Positions 29,940-38,599 of a DNA stretch of 64,000 nucleotides are shown piece after piece. Source of the DNA: Thermodesulfobacteriota bacterium (GTDB taxonomy: Bacteria > Desulfobacterota_D > UBA1144 > Nemesobacterales > UBA2774). Made by a program: the position numbers and the translations under genes. How positions within the stretch are numbered: position 1 is the first letter of the stretch; each line of letters starts with the position of its first letter. The notes under the pieces were generated by a model. That model saw only the letters and a list, made by a program, of their open reading frames with translations, was not told where the DNA came from and did no database searches. The stretch is taken from assembly GCA_041390285.1 (NCBI GenBank), contig JAWKQD010000007.1, positions 26,675 through 90,674 on the forward strand, written 5' to 3'.

Positions 29940-30677
29940 GTGTGGATGACTACTCTAATCGTATCCGACGTGCATCTTGGCTCGGGCTACAACAGGGCCG
30001 GCGAGCTTGCGTCGCTTCTCACGAGGAGGAGCTTCGGACGGCTCATTATTCTCGGCGACCTGTTCGACAGGCCGCGCACCATGATGCTGAATGAGAGCGA
30101 ATGGGACCTTATGGACGCGATAAGGAGCCTTGCGCTCAGGAAAGAGATTATCTGGGTCGAGGGGAACCACGACGAGGGATTCGGCGACGTCATTTCGTCC
30201 ACCCTCGGCATAAGGGCCGAGAAGGAGTACGAGTGGACTGAGCGGGGAACAAGATTCCTCGCGCTCCACGGTCACCAGTTCGACTCGTATACCACGAGCG
30301 GGAGCTATGCGGCTTCCTTTGCCGGATTCACCTACGGCATGCTAAGGAGGATCGACAATCTCACAGGCACGGACCTATTTCACAGGCTGTGCTTTGAGAA
30401 CCGCTCCTGGAAGCATTCGTCGAGTATGGTGAAGGAATCGGCCCTGGGGTACGCGCGCGAAAGAGGGGCGGACGTTATGTTCTGCGGCCATACACACAGG
30501 GCGGAGAGGGACATGCGGAACGGTGTCGAGTACGTGAATACCGGATGCTGGAACGACCTCTACTGCCATTATGCGATCGTGGGCGAGCACGGCGCTATGC
30601 TGAAGGAGTTTGTCCCCGAAAGCGGCATACCGGGTAGCCGCGTGAGATTCGCGGTCGACAGGGCGAACGTTACCTGA
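29940..30677 (+). CDS. LpxH-family metallophosphoesterase (UDP-2,3-diacylglucosamine hydrolase-like)
   Basis: VSDVHLGSG, ILGDLFD, EGNHDE, LHGHQFD, CGHTH metallophosphatase motifs. Confidence 0.6.
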   Translation: MWMTTLIVSDVHLGSGYNRAGELASLLTRRSFGRLIILGDLFDRPRTMMLNESEWDLMDAIRSLALRKEIIWVEGNHDEGFGDVISSTLGIRAEKEYEWTERGTRFLALHGHQFDSYTTSGSYAASFAGFTYGMLRRIDNLTGTDLFHRLCFENRSWKHSSSMVKESALGYARERGADVMFCGHTHRAERDMRNGVEYVNTGCWNDLYCHYAIVGEHGAMLKEFVPESGIPGSRVRFAVDRANVT

Positions 30678-31023
30678 CGCGTTTTTCGAGGTATTCCCTG
30701 AGCGCGGCAGCGCTATTATGCGTCTCTTCCTTTGAGCCGTAGACGAAGGTGACGACCTTTCCCTTTATGGCGTTCCGGAGCTCGTCAACGGCGGCCTTCT
30801 CGCCGCCTAGCTCTTCGAAGTACCGCTTTTTGAATTCCGTCCATTTTTCGGGGTCGTGCCCGTACCATTTTCTGAGATCGTTCGAGGGGGCGACGTCTTT
30901 CAGCCAGAGATCGAGCTTCGCGTCCTTTTTCGATATACCCCTTGGCCAGAGTCTCTCGACCAGTATACGGAGGCCGTCTTCCGGCCCGGGCTTTTCGTAG
31001 GCGCGCTTCAGCTTGATGTTCAT
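30670..31023 (-). CDS. DUF488 (YeaO-like) family protein
   Basis: MNIKLKRAYEKPGPEDGLRILVERLWPRGISKKDAKLDLWLKDVAPSNDLRKWYGHDPEKW matches DUF488 consensus. Confidence 0.8.
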   Translation of the reverse strand: MNIKLKRAYEKPGPEDGLRILVERLWPRGISKKDAKLDLWLKDVAPSNDLRKWYGHDPEKWTEFKKRYFEELGGEKAAVDELRNAIKGKVVTFVYGSKEETHNSAAALREYLEKRVR

Positions 31024-31119
31024 GATATGGATAAATTTAACACAGATAGCGGCGGACCTGGCAAGTAAGCTGCGAGGGGCGGATTCCGGCGGGATACCTG
31101 CCGCAGTGAGCGGGAAGCG

Positions 31120-31434
31120 TCAGTCCTCTATGAGTACGTAGAGGTCTTCGCCTTCTATTTTTATGGGGTAGGTTTCGACGGGGTCCGTAGCAGGGAGGCA
31201 GAGGGCCTCGCCCGTTTCGACGTTGAATTCCGCGCCGTGGTAGATGCAGGTTATCTTCTTCCCTTCGAGTATGCCGTCGGAAAGTGGATACGCCTGATGC
31301 GTGCACTCGTCCCTGAACGCGAAGAACTGCCCGCCTACATTGCAGACAGCTACCATTTCGCTGCCCAGGGGAAAGGACCTTACCTCTCCCGACGGTATCT
31401 CGGACGTCTTAGCTATCTTTTCGAATTCGGACAC
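31120..31434 (-). CDS. Rieske [2Fe-2S] ferredoxin-like protein at the end of the suf operon
   Basis: CTHQAYPLSDG ... CIYHGAEFNVETGE (CxH...CxxH Rieske boxes). Confidence 0.8.
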   Translation of the reverse strand: MSEFEKIAKTSEIPSGEVRSFPLGSEMVAVCNVGGQFFAFRDECTHQAYPLSDGILEGKKITCIYHGAEFNVETGEALCLPATDPVETYPIKIEGEDLYVLIED

Positions 31435-31476
31435 TTTATCAGGCTCCGTTGGTGAATGTGGTCAGCCGATTCAGGC

Positions 31477-32820
31477 TCAGCCTTTTTCGGCGAGCTTTCT
31501 CTGTGTGAACCAGTCGGCGAGGAGATTCTCGCAATAATCTCTTATTTCCCTTACGTGCATGCTTTCGATGGTGCCGTTCGTAAACGCGCTCAGTATGACG
31601 TCGCGCGCGGTTTCGTGCGGTATGCCCCTGGAGCGGAGGTAGAAGATCGCGTTCTCGTCCATCTGACCTATCGTCGCGCCGTGCGTGCACTTTACGTCGT
31701 CGGCGTAGATTTCGAGCTGGGGCTTCGTGTCGATCTGTGCGTTGTCCGAAAGGAGCAGGTTCCTGTTCGTCTGCTTGGCGTCCGTCTTCTGCGCGTCCTT
31801 GTGCACAATAATCCGGCCGTGGAATACCCCCCTCGACCTTCCGTCGAGAACGCCGTTATAGAACTGCCTGCTGTCGCAGTGGGGGCTCTTGTGCTCGACC
31901 TTCATGTAGTTGTCGATGTGCTGGCGGCCCGTGGACATGTAGAGGCCGTTAATAAGCGAGTCGCATCCTTCGCCGCCGAGGACGGGATGGACGTTGTTCC
32001 TTACGAGCGCGCCGCCGAGCAGGACGGAGTGCGACCTTATGTTGGAGCTTCTCTTCTGCTCGGCCCTTAGCGTCGAGATGTTAAACGCCTTCTTGCTCTC
32101 CCTTTCGATGAGGTAGTGTCCGACGGAGCTGTTCTCGCCGGCGAAGAGCTCGGTTACGACGTTCGAGAAGTAGACGCTCTCGTCGAGGGAGACGTACTGC
32201 TCGACAACCTCGGCGCTGCCGTTGTCTTCGACGACTATGAGGTTCCTCGGGTTTTCTATTGTCGCCTTGTCCCGTTTCGTCGTGACGAAGAGAATATGTA
32301 CAGGCTTTTCGAGCCTTACGCCCTTGGGCACGTAAACGAAGCCGCCGTCTTCCATGAAGGCGGCGTTCAGCGCAGTGAAAGCCTCGTCAGTAAAGTCGGC
32401 GTAGACGGAGAGGTGCTTCTTTACGAGCTCCTCGTCCGTTTCGAGGGCGCGCGCCAGGTTCTCGACCCTTACGCCTTCGGGCAGCGTGCCAATCTTCGAG
32501 AGCTCCTCGGAATATGCGCCGTCCACAAAGACGAGGTCTATCGTTTCGAGCCCGGGGAATTCGTAGGGCTTGAGCGCCCGGGGCGAAAGCTTTTCGTGCC
32601 CGTTACGGGTTATGCTGAACGGCGTCCTGGCTATGGGCGCTACGTTCGTGAAGCGCCAGTCTTCGTTTGCGGGCGTCGGGAAGCCTAGCTCGGAGAACCG
32701 GGCGATTCCCTGCTCGCGAATGGCTTCTAGCCACGTGAGGCCCTTGCCGGTCGCGTCTTTTTTGAACTCCTCGTACCCTTCCCGGTAGCCGCCGCCGTTT
32801 GTGCTTAAAGTGATGTCCAT
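31477..32820 (-). CDS. sufD: Fe-S cluster assembly protein SufD
   Basis: 447 aa; C-terminal LLSDNAQIDTKPQLEIYADDVKCTHGATIGQMDENAIFYLRSRGI typical of SufB/SufD beta-helix family; position after sufC. Confidence 0.9.
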   Translation of the reverse strand: MDITLSTNGGGYREGYEEFKKDATGKGLTWLEAIREQGIARFSELGFPTPANEDWRFTNVAPIARTPFSITRNGHEKLSPRALKPYEFPGLETIDLVFVDGAYSEELSKIGTLPEGVRVENLARALETDEELVKKHLSVYADFTDEAFTALNAAFMEDGGFVYVPKGVRLEKPVHILFVTTKRDKATIENPRNLIVVEDNGSAEVVEQYVSLDESVYFSNVVTELFAGENSSVGHYLIERESKKAFNISTLRAEQKRSSNIRSHSVLLGGALVRNNVHPVLGGEGCDSLINGLYMSTGRQHIDNYMKVEHKSPHCDSRQFYNGVLDGRSRGVFHGRIIVHKDAQKTDAKQTNRNLLLSDNAQIDTKPQLEIYADDVKCTHGATIGQMDENAIFYLRSRGIPHETARDVILSAFTNGTIESMHVREIRDYCENLLADWFTQRKLAEKG

Positions 32821-32835
32821 AAAAGTGCCTTCTCC

Positions 32836-33599
32836 CTAGTTATTGACGGCCTGCCGGGCTTCTTCCTCGACCCAGCTGTAGCCCCTGTCTTCGAGCTCGA
32901 GGGCGAGCTCCTTTCCGCCCGATTTAACTATGCGGCCGCCCACGAGGACGTGGACAAAGTCGGGCACTATGTAGTTAAGGAGCCTCTGGTAGTGCGTTAT
33001 GACGAGGAACGATCTCTCGGGGCTTCTGAGCGCGTTGACGCCGTCGGAGACGATCTTAAGCGCGTCGATGTCGAGCCCGGAATCCGTCTCGTCGAGTATT
33101 GCGAGCCTGGGTTCGAGAATCTGCATCTGGAATATTTCGTTTCTCTTCTTCTCGCCGCCGGAGAATCCTTCGTTCACCGAGCGCTTGAGAAGGCTGTCGG
33201 GCATTCCCATCTCCTCCATCTTTTCCTTGGCGAGCTTTCCGAATTCTATGTGCTTGAGCGGCTCTTCGCCTCTATATTTACGGACGGAGTTGAGCGCTTC
33301 GCGAAGCAGGTACGTGTTGGCTACGCCCGGAATCTCTACCGGATACTGGAACGCGAGGAATATTCCCTCGCCTGCCCTTTCCTCGGGGGCGAGCTCCAAC
33401 AGGTCCTTGCCCTCGAAAGTATCTCACCTTCGGTGACTTCGTACGACTCCCGCCCCGCCAGTACCTGCGCGAGGGTGCTCTTCCCGGAGCCGTTCGGGCC
33501 CATTATGGAATGCACTTCACCGGCGTTTATCGTGAGGTCGAGACCCTTTAGTATTTCCTGGTCTCCTACTTTCACATGCAGATTCTTTATTTCCAGCAT
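32836..33599 (-). CDS. sufC: Fe-S cluster assembly ATPase SufC; one apparent frameshift near 33400-33420
   Basis: [43 protein letters not shown] (Walker A) in ORF 33336-33599; remainder incl. [11 protein letters not shown] (signature) and [10 protein letters not shown] in ORF 32836-33399. Confidence 0.9.
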
Positions 33600-33653
33600 G
33601 TCTTTCTCCTTAGCTGTTCTTTACGAATGTATTTTAAAAAGAGGAAGCGATCT

Positions 33654-35090
33654 TTATCCGACGCTGCCCTCGAGGCTTATGCTTAAAAGCTTTTCGGCCT
33701 CCACTGCGAACTCGAACGGGAGCTCGCGGAAGACCTCTTTGCAGAAGCCGTTTACGATCAGCGAGACTGCGTCCTCTGCCGAGAGACCCCGCTGCTGGCA
33801 GTAGAAGATCTGGTCCTCGCCTATCTTGGACGTCGAAGCTTCGTGCTCCATCTGCGCCGTCGAATTCTTCACTTCTATATATGGGAACGTGTGCGCGCCG
33901 CACTTGTCCCCTATGAGCATCGAGTCGCACTGGGTGTAGTTGCGTGCGCCCGAGGCGCCCTTGCCGATCTCCACGAGCCCCCTGTAGGTGTTCTGGCCGT
34001 GACCGGCGGATATTCCCTTGGATATGATGGTGCTCTTTGTATTTTTGCCGAGGTGCACCATTTTGGTGCCGGTGTCGGCCTGCTGGCGCTTGTTCGTAAG
34101 CGCGACGGAGTAGAACTCGCCGACGGAGTTGTCGCCCTCGAGTATGCAGCTCGGGTACTTCCACGTTATCGCAGAGCCGGTTTCGACCTGGGTCCACGAA
34201 ATGTGCGACCCGCGCCCGACGCATCTGCCGCGCTTGGTGACGAAGTTGTAAATTCCGCCTTCTCCCTCGGCGTTGCCGGGGTACCAGTTCTGTATGGTGG
34301 AGTATTTTATTGTCGCGTCTTCGTGCGCTATGAGCTCGACCACGGCCGCGTGGAGCTGGTTCTCGTCCCTCTTGGGGGCCGTGCATCCTTCGAGGTAGCT
34401 GACGTAGCTCCCGGCCTCGGCGATGATGAGGGTCCTTTCGAACTGCCCCGTGTTCTCGGCGTTGATCCTGAAGTACGTTGAGAGCTCCATCGGGCAGCGG
34501 ACGCCCTTGGGCACGTAGACGAACGAGCCGTCCGTGAATACCGCGGAATTAAGCGCGGCGTAGAAGTTGTCGGTCCTCGGAACGACGAAGCCCAGGTATT
34601 TCTTTACGAGCTCGGGGTGCTCCCTTACCGCTTCGGAAATGGAGCAGAATATGACGCCCGCCTCGGCGAGCTTCTCCTTAAAGGTCGTTATGACGGATAC
34701 GCTGTCGAAAACGGCGTCCACGGCCACGCCGGCGAGCATCTTCTGCTCGTCGAGCGGGATGCCGAGCTTGTCGTAGGCCTCCTTGATCTCGGGGTCTATC
34801 TCGTCGAGACTCTTGGGCCCCTCCTTTTTCTTCGGAGCTGCATAGTAGCTGATGTTCTGATAGTCGATGGGCGCGAATTTAACGTTGGCCCAGCGCGGTT
34901 CCTTCATGGTGAGCCAGTGCTTATAGGCCTCGAGCCTCCATTCCAAAAGCCATTCGGGTTCTTCCTTTTTATGCGAAATCAGGCGGATCGTGTCTTCGTT
35001 GAGCCCCTTGGGCGCAATTTCCTGCTCGACGTTCGTGAAGAATCCGTACTTGTATTCCTGTTCCGCAAGCTTTTCGAGGTCAATGCTCAT
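33654..35090 (-). CDS. sufB: Fe-S cluster assembly protein SufB
   Basis: 478 aa, collinear with SufB (N-terminal [20 protein letters not shown]-terminal beta-helix). Confidence 0.95.
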   Translation of the reverse strand: MSIDLEKLAEQEYKYGFFTNVEQEIAPKGLNEDTIRLISHKKEEPEWLLEWRLEAYKHWLTMKEPRWANVKFAPIDYQNISYYAAPKKKEGPKSLDEIDPEIKEAYDKLGIPLDEQKMLAGVAVDAVFDSVSVITTFKEKLAEAGVIFCSISEAVREHPELVKKYLGFVVPRTDNFYAALNSAVFTDGSFVYVPKGVRCPMELSTYFRINAENTGQFERTLIIAEAGSYVSYLEGCTAPKRDENQLHAAVVELIAHEDATIKYSTIQNWYPGNAEGEGGIYNFVTKRGRCVGRGSHISWTQVETGSAITWKYPSCILEGDNSVGEFYSVALTNKRQQADTGTKMVHLGKNTKSTIISKGISAGHGQNTYRGLVEIGKGASGARNYTQCDSMLIGDKCGAHTFPYIEVKNSTAQMEHEASTSKIGEDQIFYCQQRGLSAEDAVSLIVNGFCKEVFRELPFEFAVEAEKLLSISLEGSVG

Positions 35091-35101
35091 AAATCACTCC
35101 C

Positions 35102-35521
35102 CTAGTTAATTTTTGCCGTCCCTTCGCCCTTGAGGATATCTTCGAGTGTCGTTTCCTCAAGCAGCTTTATCATCGATATCTGCACCCTGTCCCAGACCGG
35201 GAGCTGCGGGCACGATTCGTGGAGGCGGCATATAGAATCCTTATCCATGCAGTCGACCATTCTTATTTCGCCCTCGATCGCCTCGTAGATATCCCTGAGG
35301 CTGATTTCGCTCGGGGACTTACGGAGGGTATAACCGCCGTCGGGGCCGACGCTCGATCTTACGAGACCTTTCTTCACCAGCCTCCGCATGATCTTGGCGA
35401 GGTAATTAAGAGGTATGTACTGCTGCTCCGAAATCTCGCGCATGCTGTGCTTCGTCACCGGTGCGTGTCCCATGAAAGTCAAAGACCTGACTGCATAATC
35501 GAGGCTTTTTGTAACCTGCAT
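35102..35521 (-). CDS. Rrf2-family transcriptional regulator (IscR/SufR-like, Cys-ligand cluster)
   Basis: MQVTKSLDYAVRSLTFMGHA...wHTH; cysteines in CMDKDSICRLHESC; first gene of suf operon. Confidence 0.85.
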   Translation of the reverse strand: MQVTKSLDYAVRSLTFMGHAPVTKHSMREISEQQYIPLNYLAKIMRRLVKKGLVRSSVGPDGGYTLRKSPSEISLRDIYEAIEGEIRMVDCMDKDSICRLHESCPQLPVWDRVQISMIKLLEETTLEDILKGEGTAKIN

Positions 35522-35584
35522 TTTTTCCTATCTTGTAATATGGATATCTTGTATCCGGGATATGCTGATTATTACATGGTAAAA

Positions 35585-35600
35585 ACTACCAGCTGGCAGT
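35585..35600. promoter_or_regulatory. near-perfect palindrome ACTACCAGCTGGCAGT upstream of Rrf2-suf operon; with two ATCTTGTA direct repeats (35530-35537, 35546-35553) next to the RBS
   Basis: seen directly; candidate Rrf2/IscR-type autoregulatory site. Confidence 0.3.
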
Positions 35601-35864
35601 TTATGTGTCAATTAACCCCGGCCCAGATACCCTTCGTTTAATATAACGGAAGCTACGTTTTATTAAAGGCGGGAGGGGCCCCGGGCCGTAAAAAACGTTG
35701 ACCTGGCCGTAATTTAAGGTAAGATAAATAAGTTTAATATACGCTCTAAATTCGAATTTATGAGACCGAATTTTTCATTTGTTAAACTGACTATTTCAAG
35801 GTGAAGCGCCTGAAAAACGGTTCTCCACTTGAAAATAAAAATCAATTTCCGGGAGGGAGAAACC

Positions 35865-36476
35865 ATGCCATTCGAATTACCCAAACTTCCATATGCATAC
35901 GATGCCCTTGAGCCTCACATTGACGCGAGGACAATGGATATCCATTACAACAAGCATCATCAGACCTACGTAAACAACCTTAATGCAGCAATCGAAAAGC
36001 ACCCTGAGCTCGGCGGAAAGAGCGTCGAAGAGCTCGTCGCCGACCTGAGCGCAGTGCCCGAGGATATAAGGACAGCTGTCAGGAACAACGGCGGCGGACA
36101 CCTCAACCACAGCTTCTTCTGGCCGCTCATGTCCGCGAACGGCGGTGGCGCGCCCGCAGGCGATCTCGCGGCGGCCATAGACAAGGCCTTCGGGAACCTC
36201 GATAACTTTAAGGGCGAGTTCGCCAAGGCCGCGACCGGAAGGTTCGGAAGCGGATGGGCGTGGCTTGTGGTGGATAAGGGCGGAAACCTCGCCGTCACCT
36301 CGACGCCTAATCAGGATAACCCGATTTCCGAGGGGCTTAAGCCTGTGCTCGGGCTCGACGTGTGGGAGCACGCCTATTACCTCAATTACCAGAACAGGCG
36401 CCCCGATTACATCACGGCCTGGTGGAACGTAGTAAACTGGGAGCAGGTGGCCTCCAACTACGCTTCGTCAAAATAG
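35865..36476 (+). CDS. sodA: Fe/Mn superoxide dismutase
   Basis: [40 protein letters not shown]; DVWEHAYY metal ligands; RBS GGGAGGGA 35851-35858. Confidence 0.95.
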   Translation: MPFELPKLPYAYDALEPHIDARTMDIHYNKHHQTYVNNLNAAIEKHPELGGKSVEELVADLSAVPEDIRTAVRNNGGGHLNHSFFWPLMSANGGGAPAGDLAAAIDKAFGNLDNFKGEFAKAATGRFGSGWAWLVVDKGGNLAVTSTPNQDNPISEGLKPVLGLDVWEHAYYLNYQNRRPDYITAWWNVVNWEQVASNYASSK

Positions 36477-36773
36477 GTTGAATTAATTTTTGGAATTTGA
36501 TAGAATTGGCGGTAACCGGAAGACCGTACAATTTTTGTCAGCTGGGACAAATGTTGGAGAATCTACGGGCTGACTGAATTAAATAAGTAATATCAAGCTG
36601 TTAGCGGAAGAGGATTGTATAACCATAATGCTCTGCTCGACTTGTTCTGTTTTTCAGGGGGTAGTGTAGTTCTCCCTCTCCGAGAGTCCCGCAGGATTAC
36701 CGGACACTTACGACGATGAGTGATCGGCGCTGGTATCCTGGGGCCGCATAAACCTCTTACTAAGGATGAAATA

Positions 36774-37949
36774 ATGGAGACAAAATATAACGAGTTCGAT
36801 GAAAGTGTGTCTGTGGGTGAATACGGAGAATTCGGCAGTGAAGACGGCGAAATAACATCCCTCAAATTCAAGGAAGGGTACGAAAACGGGGACGGACACG
36901 AGGGGAGTTACACCGCAGGCCGCAGAAAGCAGAAACAGTCGGACGAAACCCCCGACGAGCAGCTTAGACTTCTATACGTATATTTCAAGGATATGTCTGT
37001 AGAGCCTCTTTTCACAGCCCAGGAAGAGGTCGAAATTTCAGCCAAGATTAAAAAATGCGAAGCCAGAAGCCGGGAGATCGAACAGCTCGTCGAGCGGCTC
37101 AGCCTGGGGAACCTTAAAGTCCGCATGCCAAAGGGGCGGACGAACGGCAGGAGCACGGCCAAGGCGGACATAGAAAAGAGGATAAAGAGCCTGAGCGCAT
37201 TCGTGAGGGTTTATTCCGAGAACGCAAAAAGGTATAAGCAGAGGTTCGTAAAGGCGAACCTCAGGCTCGTGATCACCATATCGAGGAAGTACATGGGAAG
37301 AGGGCTCCCGCTTTCCGACCTTATACAGGAAGGGAACATGGGCCTCATGAGGGCGGTCGAAAGGTTCGACCACAGAAAGGGATTTAAATTTTCGACGTAC
37401 GCGTCGTGGTGGATCCACCAGGCTATTCTGCGCGCGCTTCAGGGGCAGACGAGGACGATCAAGGTGCCCGTTTATCTCCTCGAGCAGGCCAACAGGGTGT
37501 ATAAGGTGAATTCCCTTCTGGCCAAGAAGCTCGGACGGAAGCCTACACCGAAGGAGATAGCGCGTAAGTCGGGTATTTCGGTGGAAGTGGTGAAACGGAT
37601 TTTAAGGTCCACGAAGGACGCGATAAGCCTCGACACCCCCATCCTAGATGGCGAGAAGACCACCCTCCTTGATTCCATAGCAGACAACGACACCGTAATT
37701 CCGGATTCACTCGTAGCCAAATCCGACCTCACAGATAAGCTGAGACAGGCCCTTACAATGCTGAACCCGAGAGAGGAAGAGATACTCAGGCTCAGGTTCG
37801 GGATAGACCAGCACAGCACCTATACACTCGACGAGATAGGGCGGAAGTTCAACCTTACCCGCGAGAGGATAAGGCAGATCGAAAAGGCCGCTCTCGGAAA
37901 GCTCGCAAGCTCGGAGATAAAGGACCACCTCGAAAGCTTCCTCAGATAA
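36774..37949 (+). CDS. RNA polymerase sigma factor, sigma-70 family group 1/2 (RpoD/RpoS-like), acidic N-terminal extension
   Basis: regions 2-4: LRLVITISRKYMGRGLPLSDLIQEGNMGLMRAVERFD, STYASWWIHQAI, TLDEIGRKFNLTRERIRQIEKAAL. Confidence 0.85.
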   Translation: METKYNEFDESVSVGEYGEFGSEDGEITSLKFKEGYENGDGHEGSYTAGRRKQKQSDETPDEQLRLLYVYFKDMSVEPLFTAQEEVEISAKIKKCEARSREIEQLVERLSLGNLKVRMPKGRTNGRSTAKADIEKRIKSLSAFVRVYSENAKRYKQRFVKANLRLVITISRKYMGRGLPLSDLIQEGNMGLMRAVERFDHRKGFKFSTYASWWIHQAILRALQGQTRTIKVPVYLLEQANRVYKVNSLLAKKLGRKPTPKEIARKSGISVEVVKRILRSTKDAISLDTPILDGEKTTLLDSIADNDTVIPDSLVAKSDLTDKLRQALTMLNPREEEILRLRFGIDQHSTYTLDEIGRKFNLTRERIRQIEKAALGKLASSEIKDHLESFLR

Positions 37950-38041
37950 GGGACGGGTATCTGGCGCAGCTGACGGACTGGAGATCGACATTCCCGAGGC
38001 CGGAGGTTTCCGGCTGGCTCGCTTAGAATACAGTTTCCTTC

Positions 38042-38075
38042 GGGGAAGCCTGCCGGCTTCCCGATATTCACTTCA
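38042..38075 (+). terminator. stem-loop after sigma factor gene (GGGAAGCC tgcc GGCTTCCC), weak U-tract
   Basis: inverted repeat seen directly; a second hairpin GCCGGA ggtt TCCGGC at 37999-38014. Confidence 0.3.
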
Positions 38076-38156
38076 CAAAGACATTAATAACCATCAGTCG
38101 AGACTAGCTTTGGCGTAAGGAGTTCGCCTCACCGTACGAAGCTTATGTGCGCCGCC

Positions 38157-38477
38157 CTAGTTCAGTATTCCGCCTATGAACGCACCTATGAGAAGAGGGA
38201 TGACGTTCGCCGCGACGAGGACGAATGCGCCCGCGCCGGCCACCATGCCGATGAGCGGAGCGCCAGTGAGTCCGGAGGCGAAGTAGAAGAGAAACACGCC
38301 GAGGAGTATCGCCGGGAGGAGCGCAGCGATTAAGGCGTTACCGACGCCGCCCGATTTCTTCCCGCCGACTATGCCCGCGATGAGTGGCCCCACCGTCGGC
38401 ACCCAGAAGAGAAGGATCGAGATAACTATCATCCAGAATAGACCTGCCAGTATGCTTCCCTTTTGTTCGCTTGCCAT
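38157..38477 (-). CDS. small glycine-rich integral membrane protein, hypothetical
   Basis: 106 aa, 3 predicted TM helices rich in G/A/I/L. Confidence 0.45.
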   Translation of the reverse strand: MASEQKGSILAGLFWMIVISILLFWVPTVGPLIAGIVGGKKSGGVGNALIAALLPAILLGVFLFYFASGLTGAPLIGMVAGAGAFVLVAANVIPLLIGAFIGGILN

Positions 38478-38520
38478 GTTCTATCCGAACCTCTTTTAAG
38501 AAGGATTTAATATTAAAATA

Positions 38521-38566
38521 GCCAATAAAAATAAAAAGCCCAACCTCATTCGGAGGCCGGGCTTTC
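38521..38566 (-). terminator. rho-independent terminator downstream of nrdJ (hairpin AAAGCCC..GGGCTTT then U-rich run on the minus strand)
   Basis: plus-strand reads aataaaaataaaaAGCCCAACCTCATTCGGAGGCCGGGCTTT; on minus strand hairpin is followed by UUUUUAUUUUUAUU. Confidence 0.55.
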
Positions 38567-38599
38567 ATGTTTCTGATTTATCGTATTCGGTCTGCTGAT

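Noticed and set aside
35696-35727. TTGACC-17-AAGATA as the sod promoter
   Set aside because: The -10 hexamer is poor and lies about 140 nt from the start codon; not reported as a feature without transcript data
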